DNA of 64,000 nucleotides from Williopsis jadinii (Eukaryota). The notes beneath the pieces were generated by a model. The model was not told the DNA's origin. It saw only the letters and a list, made by a program, of their open reading frames with translations, and searched no databases. Position 1 is the stretch's first letter. Every line of letters starts with the position of its first letter. The position numbers were made by a program, and so were the translations under genes. Location of the stretch: the NCBI GenBank assembly GCA_024346625.1, contig AP024664.1:3410001-3474000 (forward strand), read 5' to 3'. Shown here in pieces: positions 43,381 to 55,035 of the stretch.

Positions 43381-43824
43381 ATTATGACTGCCCCATATAT
43401 CATCACCTTACAATATTTGCTTGTATCAACAGGTCTGGTTCACTCAAAACTACATGGTTTCTATGGGATTTTAACTTAGTACGGCTTGAGTGGGTTGTTG
43501 ATAAGGCTTATTATATATTCCTTTGAGCGGGACTAACATTGCCAATTGATGGAAAACTAGTGTAGCAAGATCCATTTGGTGAATTTGTTTTAAATTACAG
43601 GCAATAATCAATAAGATGGAATGAAGTCAAGAAAGACTTGTTTAGCGAAATTACTAATCACTATAGAACACCATCAAAAACAAACAAACAGTCAAAAAAA
43701 CAAATAATGCTAGATCATGGGCTTCGTATTTAGCCATATAGACATAGGCACAATAAGGGTTAGAAGAACCACCATCAACAAATTCAACCCGTTTCAATTT
43801 TGGAATATTAACACAAGGGGAAGA

Positions 43825-46191
43825 TTAAACTGTCATTTGTTGATCATTATCGGCACTATCATGGTGTTCAACACCGTCATAAAAGACTTCATCTAATGGT
43901 GCAACATCTTCTTCGTTATCGCTGGTTTCCTGGTTTAGGATTTCATCCTCGCTATTACCAAGAATAATTGCACTTGGATTCAAAAAGTCGCCCTGTTGGA
44001 ACTCGTCGGTCTTAATCCCTCCAAGAACACAGTTGTACTGTTCTCTGGTTTCAGTTAATACATTAGTAACATATGAAACCCAAGATGGTTCAACCAGTTT
44101 GGAGTAGATCAAATCATCAATCTCAGGGTCGTTGAACTTGTTGTTCTGGAAAATGGAAGAGAACTTGACAACTTCCTCTGCGATAAGAACTAGATGACCC
44201 ATATAGCCTAAACGGACGTTTGATGTAACTTCGATATCCAAGCAGAGGTTGTATGCATTGATTATGAGATTGGTGATGTCACATTTGTCGAAAAGTTCAA
44301 GGATCAAGAACTGGTTATACCCCTGATCTATGCGACCATTGAACACTTGTTGTACAATGTCAAAAACAACGTTATGCCAAAAGTTATTCCAAGGGTATTT
44401 GGTGAACATTTCAATGATTGTATCTAGAACTGAAGACTTCACCAATTGAATCTTGAAATAGTCACCAATAGTTGGGTTGGCATGAATTTCATCTCTCTTA
44501 CCAACAACTTTAGAGTCGGATATTTGATCTGCAAGGGGTAATTCACCGCTTTGAAGGGGTTCCGATCCAGCAGTTGGGTTCGAATGAGGGGGTATTGTGA
44601 TGTGCTTCTCATTCACAGCCACAACCGGTTCAGAAGTTCCAATATTCAAGTTTGACAAGTTGAGACTGTTATTTCCCTTGGCTGCTGTTGTGTTTGGGTG
44701 ATTCGTTATATCGTCATTTAGTGCGTTAGCCAAGTTAGACTCTTGTTCAAGGATTATTCGTTCACGTTCAGCAACCACACTCGGTGTTAAATGGTTGTTT
44801 AAAAGTTGTATGTTTGAACAATGCAAGAGTTCTGCAACCAACTCACAAATTTTAAATCTTTCAAACCCCAAAGGTTCGATATCTTTGTTGATCTGTGTTT
44901 TTATTCTCTTGGAAGTAAGCTTTGGATCAACCAGTATACTGTTGAAGTCATCTAATCTATCGGAGAATTTGTTCAACATCTTACCCAAGAAAACTGGATC
45001 CCTTGTACTTGGTGGATGAGATTCCACGGATGTATATATGATATTGAAAGGGTCATAGTCCGAGTTGTTTTTTCTAATTATTTCAATAACAACACCGACA
45101 ATTGTACTCAGTCCGTTTCCTCTCTTCAAGATGATTCTAATGATCTGGTCGACGCGTGCATCATCCACCAGTTCTCTAGTCAACATGTTTGGACCTATTG
45201 TGTTTTCATCAATTGATGTGTTTGCACTTATAGAGATCAATGCCTTCAAGAAATCACCGCATGATGACTGTGTAGAAGTATCTGAATCATTCTCCAGCAG
45301 GTCAAGTAACTTCTTAACAAGTCTCTGTTCTGATAGGATTTCAATAATGCCGCTCGGTATGTCGGTCTTATCGGTGGTAATAATCCTCAAGAGGAAATCC
45401 ATAATGATTGTGATATCAATGTGCCTTATGAATCTATCGACCAAATTATCCTGTGACCTTATAAAGTTCAACATTTGGTCTGGTCTTGATTCCAACAACT
45501 GTTCATTAATCTTGACAAAGAATTGAATGGTTGGACATGAAGGGCTGAAGTCTTCGTCTAGAAATGTCCACAATTTTGACAACAGTGGAGTCTCTTCAAC
45601 AAGAGTTTCAGAGACAAGCCATATCTTACATGACAATATTTCCGATGCAACATGGACTCTATTGGCAATATGGTTGATATCTTCATTCTCTTCCAATTCA
45701 TCAGCATATGAGTTTGAAGGATGGAAGTATTGTTCGTTATTTGTGAACCATTCAGTCGAACTGACAACCAATGTTACTAGGATATCCATAACAGACGTGC
45801 CCGTTTGCTTTGTTGCAGTTGTAGCATTGACATTTTCAGAGTGTTCAGCCGTTGTGGTGAGTGGCGTTTCAACTTGTAAATCGTTGTCTTCATCAATGAC
45901 ACCTTCCTCGTTCTCATCTATGTACCCAAAGCATATGAAGTCAACGAGCTTATTGTTCTGTCTGTTAATCTCGTTCAACACACTGGGATCATCCAAGATG
46001 CTATATACAAACTCCCTATTGATTGTCAGCTCACCAATGGGCTTTGCCGTTTCGTTCTCATTGTTTAGCGTCTCTGTAGAGTCAGACTGTTGTTGTTGCT
46101 GAGTTGGCGTTCTCTTGATGTAGTACGCATCCAACAGGGCATTGAGCGACGTTGCAGAGTTCGCAGTTTGTCCAAAGGGCCAAAACGACAT
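43825..46191 (-). CDS. SAP155: SIT4 phosphatase-associated protein (SAPS family), Sap155/Sap4-like
   Basis: Motifs MSFWPFG, EPLGFERFKICELVAELLHCSN, YPWNNFWHNVVFD and RLGYMGHL. Divergent from SHE10, like SAP155/OSW7 and SAP4/SHE10. Confidence 0.8.
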   Translation of the reverse strand: MSFWPFGQTANSATSLNALLDAYYIKRTPTQQQQQSDSTETLNNENETAKPIGELTINREFVYSILDDPSVLNEINRQNNKLVDFICFGYIDENEEGVIDEDNDLQVETPLTTTAEHSENVNATTATKQTGTSVMDILVTLVVSSTEWFTNNEQYFHPSNSYADELEENEDINHIANRVHVASEILSCKIWLVSETLVEETPLLSKLWTFLDEDFSPSCPTIQFFVKINEQLLESRPDQMLNFIRSQDNLVDRFIRHIDITIIMDFLLRIITTDKTDIPSGIIEILSEQRLVKKLLDLLENDSDTSTQSSCGDFLKALISISANTSIDENTIGPNMLTRELVDDARVDQIIRIILKRGNGLSTIVGVVIEIIRKNNSDYDPFNIIYTSVESHPPSTRDPVFLGKMLNKFSDRLDDFNSILVDPKLTSKRIKTQINKDIEPLGFERFKICELVAELLHCSNIQLLNNHLTPSVVAERERIILEQESNLANALNDDITNHPNTTAAKGNNSLNLSNLNIGTSEPVVAVNEKHITIPPHSNPTAGSEPLQSGELPLADQISDSKVVGKRDEIHANPTIGDYFKIQLVKSSVLDTIIEMFTKYPWNNFWHNVVFDIVQQVFNGRIDQGYNQFLILELFDKCDITNLIINAYNLCLDIEVTSNVRLGYMGHLVLIAEEVVKFSSIFQNNKFNDPEIDDLIYSKLVEPSWVSYVTNVLTETREQYNCVLGGIKTDEFQQGDFLNPSAIILGNSEDEILNQETSDNEEDVAPLDEVFYDGVEHHDSADNDQQMTV

Positions 46192-47229
46192 CGTCTTGTA
46201 ATGTGAAGAAACAGTGTGTATGTTCTGGTGGTTGTGGTGGTGGGCGGTCTCCCGAGTTGTATGTACAAGAAAAGGATCAATTTAGGCCGTAGAGCAGTTA
46301 AAAAACGAAGCAAGACAAATAAGAATCCAGCAAGAGTAAACGGGACGATTTATGAAGTGCTTGTATGCTTTTGTTTCTCTTGTAGTTTGTATATTTTGTT
46401 GCTGAATTCCTCTCGTTGCTTCGTTTGGATAGTGTTTTTCTTTTATTACCCCGTGATGGCGTCTCTTGGTTCAAGTCCCACTTTAGCACTTTTGCAACGA
46501 TTTAGAACCACAAAAACAGGGGGAAGAAAATTACACAAACAAACCACAAACAGGAAATAAACAAAACACAGACACAAAACCGGAGAAACACAAACGAATT
46601 AACGAATCAACGGAACTAATTTATGTGCAATTTTTTCCAGTTGTTTGTTATAAATTTCCCAATTGGGGGTTTCGTGAGGAGTGAGCGTGTGTGTGTAGGT
46701 GAGGAGAGAAGAGAGAGGAAAAATAGCGCTAAATTGAGAAAGCGTTTACTGGTTTTTTCAGTTTTTCAGTTTTTCCTGTATTTCCAATCACAGGCGTTCG
46801 ATTCGGCCTTAGATGGTGGGCCAGCACCGAATGGCGGCAGGTGTTGGGCTGGAGCAGGCAAATAGTTAGGCAGGCTAGAAATGGCGAAAACACATACGCA
46901 CATTTTCTCCGGGCAGCATGGAACCACAGACTAGGACAATTGGCTTACACAGGGGAGACATTGGTGTGGTTATACGTTGATTAATCATTGGAGCACGGTG
47001 TGATGTTATGACTATGGTGTGATGCTGTGGTGGCCTAGCATGGTCATGTGGTGTCCGGGTGTAGATTGTGCCTCGTATACAGGCGGGAATGAAAATAAAA
47101 ACAGCGGCAAAAAAATCACTAAACTTACAGCACAAAAATGGCCTTGCTTGGTATCGCAGTATTGTTTTAGACCTGGGTTGTCAATACGAAGCCCTCCATC
47201 AATTATCGGAAACAACGGAGAATAAAAGG

Positions 47230-49779
47230 ATGGTCTGTCCCAATATCAAAAGACTAGTGGTCTGGTCGACGTTGGTCTTTGTGCTGGCGAGATTTGTGGA
47301 CTTTTCATCGAGTGAGTTCGACCCAGTGCGCTCACAATGGACCGGCTCTGTTGAGTACCTCACGTCCAATAAAATCTACGGAGAGTACATCCAGCCTATC
47401 AATGAAAAGGTCAACCCATACGTTACAGAGCTCAGTGATAACTACGTTATACCTTCAATTTCAAAAGTTGCTGCGATCACCTCTGATAAATATAAGGTTT
47501 ACCTATCCAACTACGTGGCACTTGCATGCGCAAAGTTCACAAGCTCACCTGTTTATGACTTTTGGATTGAGCAGAAACCAAGATTGGACTCGTTCTATGC
47601 TAAATCATTGGTGTCTTTTGATAAGTTGAGAGCATTGACGACCAGATACATTGCAATTTTTGTCATCGAGTCTCAACGTGTGTTGAAATTGGCTGCTGGG
47701 AAATCGTGCCAATGTTCTTGTGCTGCGAAGAAGTACATCCACGACGCTTATGTTACGCTGAAACCACAAGCTTGTGCCTTCTACAAGTCTAAGGTTGTGC
47801 CAGTTTCCAAAGAGGCATGGTCCCAAACCTTGAAATATACTCGTGTTGCTTACGAACAGTCTAAACAGTTTTACATTTCCACTGCTCAACCGCTTTTGGA
47901 AAAGTATGTCTATGCTCATGTTAGACCGCTCTACGTCAAATATTTGGCTGGTTATGTTGATAAGTTAACACAACTTCTGGTGAAGTATTACACATTGTTC
48001 AGATTGAACGATGCCCTAAATGCTTCAAAGAAACTCATCTCCGGTTCTTATGACCAGGCGCTGGTGTATTTCAACAAGGACAGTTATATCCCAACGGAAA
48101 TTGAACCAACTACTTCGTTTGAAGAGGACTTACCAACAGGCACCGACATTGATTTCGAAGCGGCTGAAACTGTTCGTGTGACTGATGATAGCGAAGACGA
48201 GATTGAACCTGAAGCTGCTACCACCGACGACGAGATTCCACTACCACAAGAAACTCCTGTGGTTGAAGGTGTCACTGAAGAGAAGGATTTGAAAGAACTT
48301 GACAGAACGAAAAGTACCGATGAGGAGGATAATGCAGTTGTATTGAGTCTTGCAGAGGAAATCTCTGAGTGGAAGCGTTTCATCGTTGAATCTGTCCAAA
48401 ACATCTTCAAGAACTTTGATACGACAATTTCAACCATGGAATCTGAGCAGATTGAAGAATTCCAACCAAAGTTGCCAAAGGCGCTCCAAGATATGACCAC
48501 CAAGGCACAGTTGAATTTCCAAGAAATCAACAAAGCCATCTACAACATTGATTCCAAGACCGTTCTCTTGGATAACGGTGATGAAGCTGAAGTTGACAGA
48601 AACGGCAATATCATTGATCACAAGATTACAAGACAAGAAATCCGTGATATCTTGGCTGAAAAGAAGGACTTCTTGAAAGAGCGTGCAGATGCAATCAATA
48701 TTCTATTGAGATCTTTTGTTTCTGGTCTTGAAGCTCAAGCTGAGGAGGAGAGAACTATGATTGTTGACGTATATGAAGAATTTGCCGAAGTTGCGATCAA
48801 CGAGTTTAGCAAGAAGATGATGTACTCTAGCTTTGCTTCAAGCTTTGACAACTTACAAAAGGGCGGAGATGGCGAAAATGTTCGTGACTGGAAGGATTAC
48901 CTCAAGATTAAGAAAGATCTCATTTCAAACAGAGATGTTCTCATAGATAAGGCTGTGGAATTCCCATTAGTGGAAAAACTCTTGAGTGAAATTTACCAAA
49001 CAATGAAGACGCTTGAACAAGAGAATGGTAGTTACTTTGCCATTTTGAGAGCCCAAGCCAATTTGGCATTCCAAGAACGTGAGCAACACGAACGTGAAGT
49101 TTCACAGCATTTGGAAGAAGACGAGGACTACACGATCACTAGTACTGTTATCAAGTACCAAACCATTAATGTTGATGGTGAGGTAGAGACCAATTCTGCT
49201 GTTGTTGATGAGGAGTTGGAGCAAGACGTGAGTGATAATGAGAGTGTGGAAGGTGATTTTATCCCAGATGAAGAGGAATTCAATGAGCCAGTTGAGGAGC
49301 CAGTTGAGGAGCCAGCTGAGGAGGCAGTTGAAGAGGCAGTTGAGGAGGCAGTTGAGGAGGCAGTTGAGGAGGCAGTTGAGGAGGCAGTTGAGGAGGCAGT
49401 TGAGGAGGCAGTTGAGGAGGCAGTTGAGGAGGCAGTTGAGGAGGCAGTTGAGGAGGCAGTTGAGGAGCCAGCTGAGGAGGCAGTTGAACCAGTTGAGGAG
49501 CCAGCTGAGGAGCCAGCTGAGGAGCCAGTTGAACCAGTTGAACCAGTTGAAGAAGCAGAGACTACTGGAACCCAAACAGAAGACAACATCCAAGCTGATG
49601 CTGATGTCGCTCAACAAGAAGCTGATGGACAAGATGCTCTACAGAATGAACAAAAAGATGCACCAACTACAGAGACCATTGAGTCAGCGACAGAAAACCC
49701 TAAACCAACCCCATTGGCCGTTGTCGATCGTCCTCAACGTGTTTACGCTCGCGCACCACCAAAGCCAGAACACTCTTGA
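47230..49779 (+). CDS. SHE10: She10/Osw7-like outer spore wall protein with acidic repeat tail
   Basis: ATG at 47230 with N-terminal hydrophobic signal. Motifs ITRQEIRD, VDVYEEFAEVAINEFSKKM, W.DYLKIK and ILRAQANLAFQERE. Position next to the SAP gene agrees. Confidence 0.7.
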   Translation: MVCPNIKRLVVWSTLVFVLARFVDFSSSEFDPVRSQWTGSVEYLTSNKIYGEYIQPINEKVNPYVTELSDNYVIPSISKVAAITSDKYKVYLSNYVALACAKFTSSPVYDFWIEQKPRLDSFYAKSLVSFDKLRALTTRYIAIFVIESQRVLKLAAGKSCQCSCAAKKYIHDAYVTLKPQACAFYKSKVVPVSKEAWSQTLKYTRVAYEQSKQFYISTAQPLLEKYVYAHVRPLYVKYLAGYVDKLTQLLVKYYTLFRLNDALNASKKLISGSYDQALVYFNKDSYIPTEIEPTTSFEEDLPTGTDIDFEAAETVRVTDDSEDEIEPEAATTDDEIPLPQETPVVEGVTEEKDLKELDRTKSTDEEDNAVVLSLAEEISEWKRFIVESVQNIFKNFDTTISTMESEQIEEFQPKLPKALQDMTTKAQLNFQEINKAIYNIDSKTVLLDNGDEAEVDRNGNIIDHKITRQEIRDILAEKKDFLKERADAINILLRSFVSGLEAQAEEERTMIVDVYEEFAEVAINEFSKKMMYSSFASSFDNLQKGGDGENVRDWKDYLKIKKDLISNRDVLIDKAVEFPLVEKLLSEIYQTMKTLEQENGSYFAILRAQANLAFQEREQHEREVSQHLEEDEDYTITSTVIKYQTINVDGEVETNSAVVDEELEQDVSDNESVEGDFIPDEEEFNEPVEEPVEEPAEEAVEEAVEEAVEEAVEEAVEEAVEEAVEEAVEEAVEEAVEEAVEEAVEEPAEEAVEPVEEPAEEPAEEPVEPVEPVEEAETTGTQTEDNIQADADVAQQEADGQDALQNEQKDAPTTETIESATENPKPTPLAVVDRPQRVYARAPPKPEHS
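49285..49552 (+). repeat. Coding 12-bp minisatellite (GCAGTTGAGGAG, encoding AVEE/PVEE/PAEE)
   Basis: 12 consecutive AVEE units at 49324-49467, flanked by variant units. Confidence 0.95.
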
Positions 49780-50188
49780 AGTTGCGTATATACTAAGCGG
49801 GTCTGTTTCTCATCTACTTGCTTTCCTAATTATATATGTGACCTATATATTGTACAATCATATCGACATTTGTTTTTTTTTGTCTTTTTAAAAGTGAGTG
49901 ACATACAAGTAAAACCTTTATTCACCCCCAGACTCTCCGTAATATCAATTCCCCATCCCCAAGGGAATTCGTCGCTTTTGGTGGTTTCACATTTTGTGCT
50001 GAGGTGGCATTTCGGCTCAATTGGGAGAATGGGAATGATTTCGGTTTGCGCCGCATATTTCTTCAACGAAAACAAAAAAATAACGCGTCGACACGTCCAA
50101 AACCGAAAAAAAACACAGAAGAAAACGGAAACTCAGAAAACAAACACACTCAGCGGCAAAGGGAATAAATCAGCACAAAGTCATCAAT

Positions 50189-53100
50189 ATGTCCTCTTAT
50201 GACGTTGGAACGTATGTGATCTGCTCAGTGTACCGAGGCGAACCAGTTTTCTGTGACATATGAAGCACAAACTATCGAAGCCGCCAGAGTGATTTGTTGT
50301 GCGGGGGTTGTTGTTGTTCTTCGTAGTAAACAGAGGGTCGATGGTACTCCAGGGAGGTTGTGAACACTACTAACTAGAGCTTAATAGCCGTTGTTGGGTA
50401 CAGAGTGATAAGGAAGGATGGGTTGGTGCTGAGGTGACTAAACACACTGTTGATGGAGACAAACATCACATGGAACTGACTGTTGATTCAACAAAGGATG
50501 TGATCGAGATCGACACTGATTCGCTTGACGAATCTAACAAGAAGCTCCCTCTGTTGAGAAACCCGCCGATCTTGGAGGCAACTGAGGATTTGACATCTCT
50601 TTCGTACTTGAACGAACCAGCAGTGCTCCACGCAATCAAAGTTAGATATTCACAACTGAACATTTATACGTACTCTGGTATTGTGTTGATTGCAACGAAT
50701 CCGTTCCAAAAAGTTGACCAGCTTTACTCTTCCGATATCATTCAGGCATACTCAGGGAAGAGCAGGGGTGAATTGGAACCTCATTTGTTTGCCATTGCAG
50801 AAGATGCATACAGAAGAATGAAAGAAGACGGGAAGAACCAAACCATCGTTGTTAGTGGTGAGTCTGGTGCGGGTAAAACCGTCTCGGCAAAGTACATTAT
50901 GAGATATTTCGCATCAGTTGAGGAGATTACAAATAATAACTCTGTTTTGGGTTCGAATAACGGTACAAACATTGAAATGTCGGAGACTGAAGAACAAATC
51001 TTGGCCACTAACCCAATCATGGAAGCGTTTGGTAACGCAAAGACAACAAGAAATGATAACTCTTCCCGTTTCGGTAAGTACCTCGAGATCCTGTTTGACG
51101 ATAAAACAGCTATCATTGGTGCCAGAATCAGAACTTACTTGTTGGAACGTTCAAGACTTGTCTTCCAACCAACTTCGGAGCGTAATTATCACATCTTTTA
51201 CCAAATGCTCGAAGGTTTATCCTCCGAGGATAAAGAGGATTTACTCTTGACAGAGATTTCAGACTACAATTATATGAACCAAGGCGGTGATTACAAGATT
51301 GAAGGAATTGACGACAAGGAGGAGTTTAAGGCCACAACGGATGCCTTGTCCTTGATCGGTATCAATCAAGAGACCCAAAAGGCAATCTTCACCATCTTGG
51401 CGGCATTGCTTCACATAGGTAACATTGAAATCAAGGCAACAAGAAACGATCCAAATTTATCATCAGATGAACCTAACTTGGTCAAGGCCTGTCAATTACT
51501 TGGCGTCGATCCTTTCAACTTTGCCAAATGGATTACTAAGAAACAGATTGTAACTAGATCTGAGAAGATTATCTCGAACTTGAATCATAAACAGGCTCTT
51601 GTCTCAAGAGATTCTGTCTCGAAGTATATTTATTCTGCCTTGTTTGACTGGTTGGTTGATTATATTAACCATGACTTATGCTCCGAAGAGGTTGCTGAGT
51701 CAATCAACTCTTTTATTGGTGTTCTCGATATTTATGGATTCGAACACTTCGAAAAGAACTCCTTCGAGCAGTTCTGTATCAATTATGCCAACGAGAAGTT
51801 ACAACAGGAGTTTAATCAGCATGTCTTCAAGCTAGAACAGGAAGAGTACATCAGTGAGAAGATTGAATGGTCTTTTATCGAATTCAGTGACAATCAGCCT
51901 TGCATTGACTTGATCGAGCAGAAAGTTGGTATTCTTTCATTGCTTGACGAGGAATCTAGACTACCAGCAGGTAACGATGAGAGTTGGATTACTAAGCTTT
52001 ATCAGACATTGGATAAGGAACCAACGAACAAAGTATTCAAGAAACCTAGATTTGGTCAAACAAAGTTTATTGTGTCCCATTATGCTCTTGATGTGACGTA
52101 TGATATTGAAGGGTTCATCGAGAAGAACAGGGATACAGTTTCTGAAGGTCATCTGGAAGTTTTGAAAGAATCGAAGAACGAGCTCTTGATTGAAATTTTG
52201 GACAACTTGGAGAAAGCCAACGTCGCTGTTGAAGAAGCGAATGCTGCGACAAAGAAAAGAACAGTTAACAGAAAGCCAACATTGGGTTCCATATTCAAGA
52301 AATCTTTGATCGATTTGATGCAGACCATTAATTCTACAAATGTTCATTATATCCGTTGTATCAAACCGAACGAGGAGAAGGCTGCCTGGAAGTTTGACCC
52401 ACTCATGGTTCTTTCTCAATTGAGAGCATGTGGTGTCTTGGAAACAATCAAGATTTCATGTGCCGGTTTCCCCACTAGATGGACGTACGAGGAGTTTGGA
52501 AGCAGATACCATATTTTACTTCATTCTGATCAGTATGTTCCAATCCTCACCGGAAAAGCGGATGAGCAGACTGTGCGTGAGATCTGTAACGCAATTTTGC
52601 AGAAGACAGTTGACGATGAGCTGAAGTACCAACTTGGTCTTACAAAGATCTTCTTCAAAGCTGGTATGTTAGCTCATCTTGAGAAGCTGAGAACTGATAA
52701 GCTGAACAGCTCAGCTGTTCTTATTCAGAAGTATGTGAGAGGTCTGTATTACCGTCAGCAGTATGTTAATGCCAGAGAATCTCTTTTGAAACTTCAGGCA
52801 CTTATTCTTGGGTTCAATGCCAGAGTCAGAGCAAAAAACGAAAGGGAAAGATTGGCTGCTACTGCTATTCAAACACTTGTAAGAGGTTACGCTGCTCGTA
52901 AGAGATTTACAGAAGCTGTTGGATCCATTGTGGCCTTCCAGGGCTTGGCTCGTGCTCGTCTCACCAGAGACACATTCTTGGAACAACAAAGGTCATTCCA
53001 TGCTATTACTATCCAGAACAGCATTAGAGCGTATAAGGAAAAAAATAGTTTCAACAAACTCAAGAAAGCTGCCGTTGTTACTCAATCTCATTACAGAATG

Positions 53101-55035
53101 AAGCAAGCCAAGAAGGAATTAGCTATCTTGAAACAGGAAGCAAAGTCTGTGAACAAGTTAAAGGAAGCTAGCTACAAGTTAGAAAACAAGGTTATCGGTC
53201 TTTCACAACAGTTAACAGAGAAGGTTAAGGAAAACAAGGCTTTGATTGCTGAGATCACGACTTTGAAACTGGCTGTTGAGGAATCACAGAAAACCCATGA
53301 CACATTGAAAGCTAGAGAATTGGAACAGGAACAGAAGCTTACTGATCAGGCAGACTCACACACCAAGGAGATTGAAGTGTTGAACACCGAGATTTCTCAA
53401 GCAAAGACTGACCTTGAACAATCTGCTGAAAAGATCAAGGAGCTAACTGAGTTGCAAACACAATTGAAAAACGAGGTCAAAGAAACATTAGCACAACTAA
53501 CAGCTGCTAGAGAGGAACTCGAGAGACACGAGACTGCGGAAGGAGATTTGAAGAAACAAGTTGCCATGCTCAAGCAAGAAGTGGAACAGTTAACAAAACA
53601 TCAGTCTACTTCAAGGGGTGCAGTTGTTGGGAATATTACACCTAAAAGATCTAGAAGATACAGTCAATATTCCCAGAATAGTGACCAATTTAGCCCTAAG
53701 CCTATGTCAGTTATACCTGTTTCCAATGACGATGAAGATGCTGAGTCGACTGCTAACTCATTGACTGCTATAACAAACGAACTTTACAGATTATTACAGG
53801 ACTCAAAGTCATTGCATAGTGAGATTGTTGGCGGATTATTGAAGAACCTAAAGGTTCCAGTAAGCGGTGTCATGTCCGAGCTTACTAAAAAGGAGGTTTT
53901 GTTCCCAGCTAGAATTATAATCATCATTTTGAGTGATATGTGGAGATTGGGATTGACCCAAGAATCAGAAGATTTCTTGGGTGAGGTACTGGCCGTGATT
54001 CAAAGTATCGTCTCTGGCTTGAAAGATGATGATATTATTCCACATGGTGCATTTTGGCTATCTAATACCCACGAACTCTATTCCTTTGTTTCTTATGCTG
54101 AAATGACTATTGTTGAGAACGAAAACATTCTTAGTGAAATGGGACAAGATGAGTACACCGAATACCTGAAGCTTGTTGCTGTTGTCAAAGAAGACTTTGA
54201 GTCTTTATCTTATAATATTTTCAATATGTGGATGAAGAAGATGGAGAAAGAACTGGAGAAGCAAATTGTTTCTGCTGTTGTTCTTTCACAGTCTCTTCCG
54301 GGATTTATGGCCACTGAATCCACACCATTCTTGAGCAAGGTGTTTTCCCAGACAGCTCAGTATAAGATGGATGATATTTTAAGTTTCTTCAACAATGTTT
54401 ACTGGGCTATGAAGTCATTCTTCATTGAACAAGAAGTTATGAATGAAGTTATCACAGAACTGTTGAGATTTATCGATGCTGTTTGTTTCAACGACTTGAT
54501 CATGAGACGTAATTACCTCTCCTGGAAGCGTGGTTTGCAGTTGAACTACAACGTTACAAGAATTGAGGAATGGTGTAAGAGTCATGACATTGCGAATGCA
54601 TCAAACTACTTGGTTCATTTGTTACAAGCCGCAAAGTTACTTCAATTGAGAAAGAACACTGATAAGGATATCGAAATCATCTTTGAGATCTGTTATGCTT
54701 TGAAGCCGGTCCAGATCCAAAGATTGCTTTCTCAGTATACGATTGCTGATTATGAAACGCCGTTAGATGAGAGTGTTCTTGCGGCTGTTGCAGATAAGGT
54801 TAAAGAACAAGGTGCAAGCTCGGACGATTACTTTGAGCCTGTGAGTGTTGACGGCCAATTTGAAGATCCATTCAGACGCACTGAGATTCGTCCATTTGCT
54901 AGAGTTGAGGCGTATGTTCCTGCCTGGTTGAACCTACCAATTGTTAGAAGAATTGTGGAATTGGTTACCAAGAATGCGTCTGCCCAGGAATACCTCAATT
55001 CAAAGCTTGAGGAACAAGAATCTCTTGCTGATTGA
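50189..55035 (+). CDS. MYO2: Class V myosin; exons 50189-50211 and 50388-55035
   Basis: Intron GTATGT..TACTAAC..TAG gives MSSYDVGTRCWV. P-loop GESGAGKT, IQ repeats, coiled coil and DIL domain (LSWKRGLQLNYN). Confidence 0.95.

Noticed and set aside
46796..46804. B-box-like GTTCGATTC
   Set aside because: No A box or cloverleaf, so not a tRNA; a standalone TFIIIC site is unsupported.
49102..49891. Repetitive ORFs (LLNC, STAS, RRQL) in other frames
   Set aside because: Alternative-frame readings of the 12-bp minisatellite.
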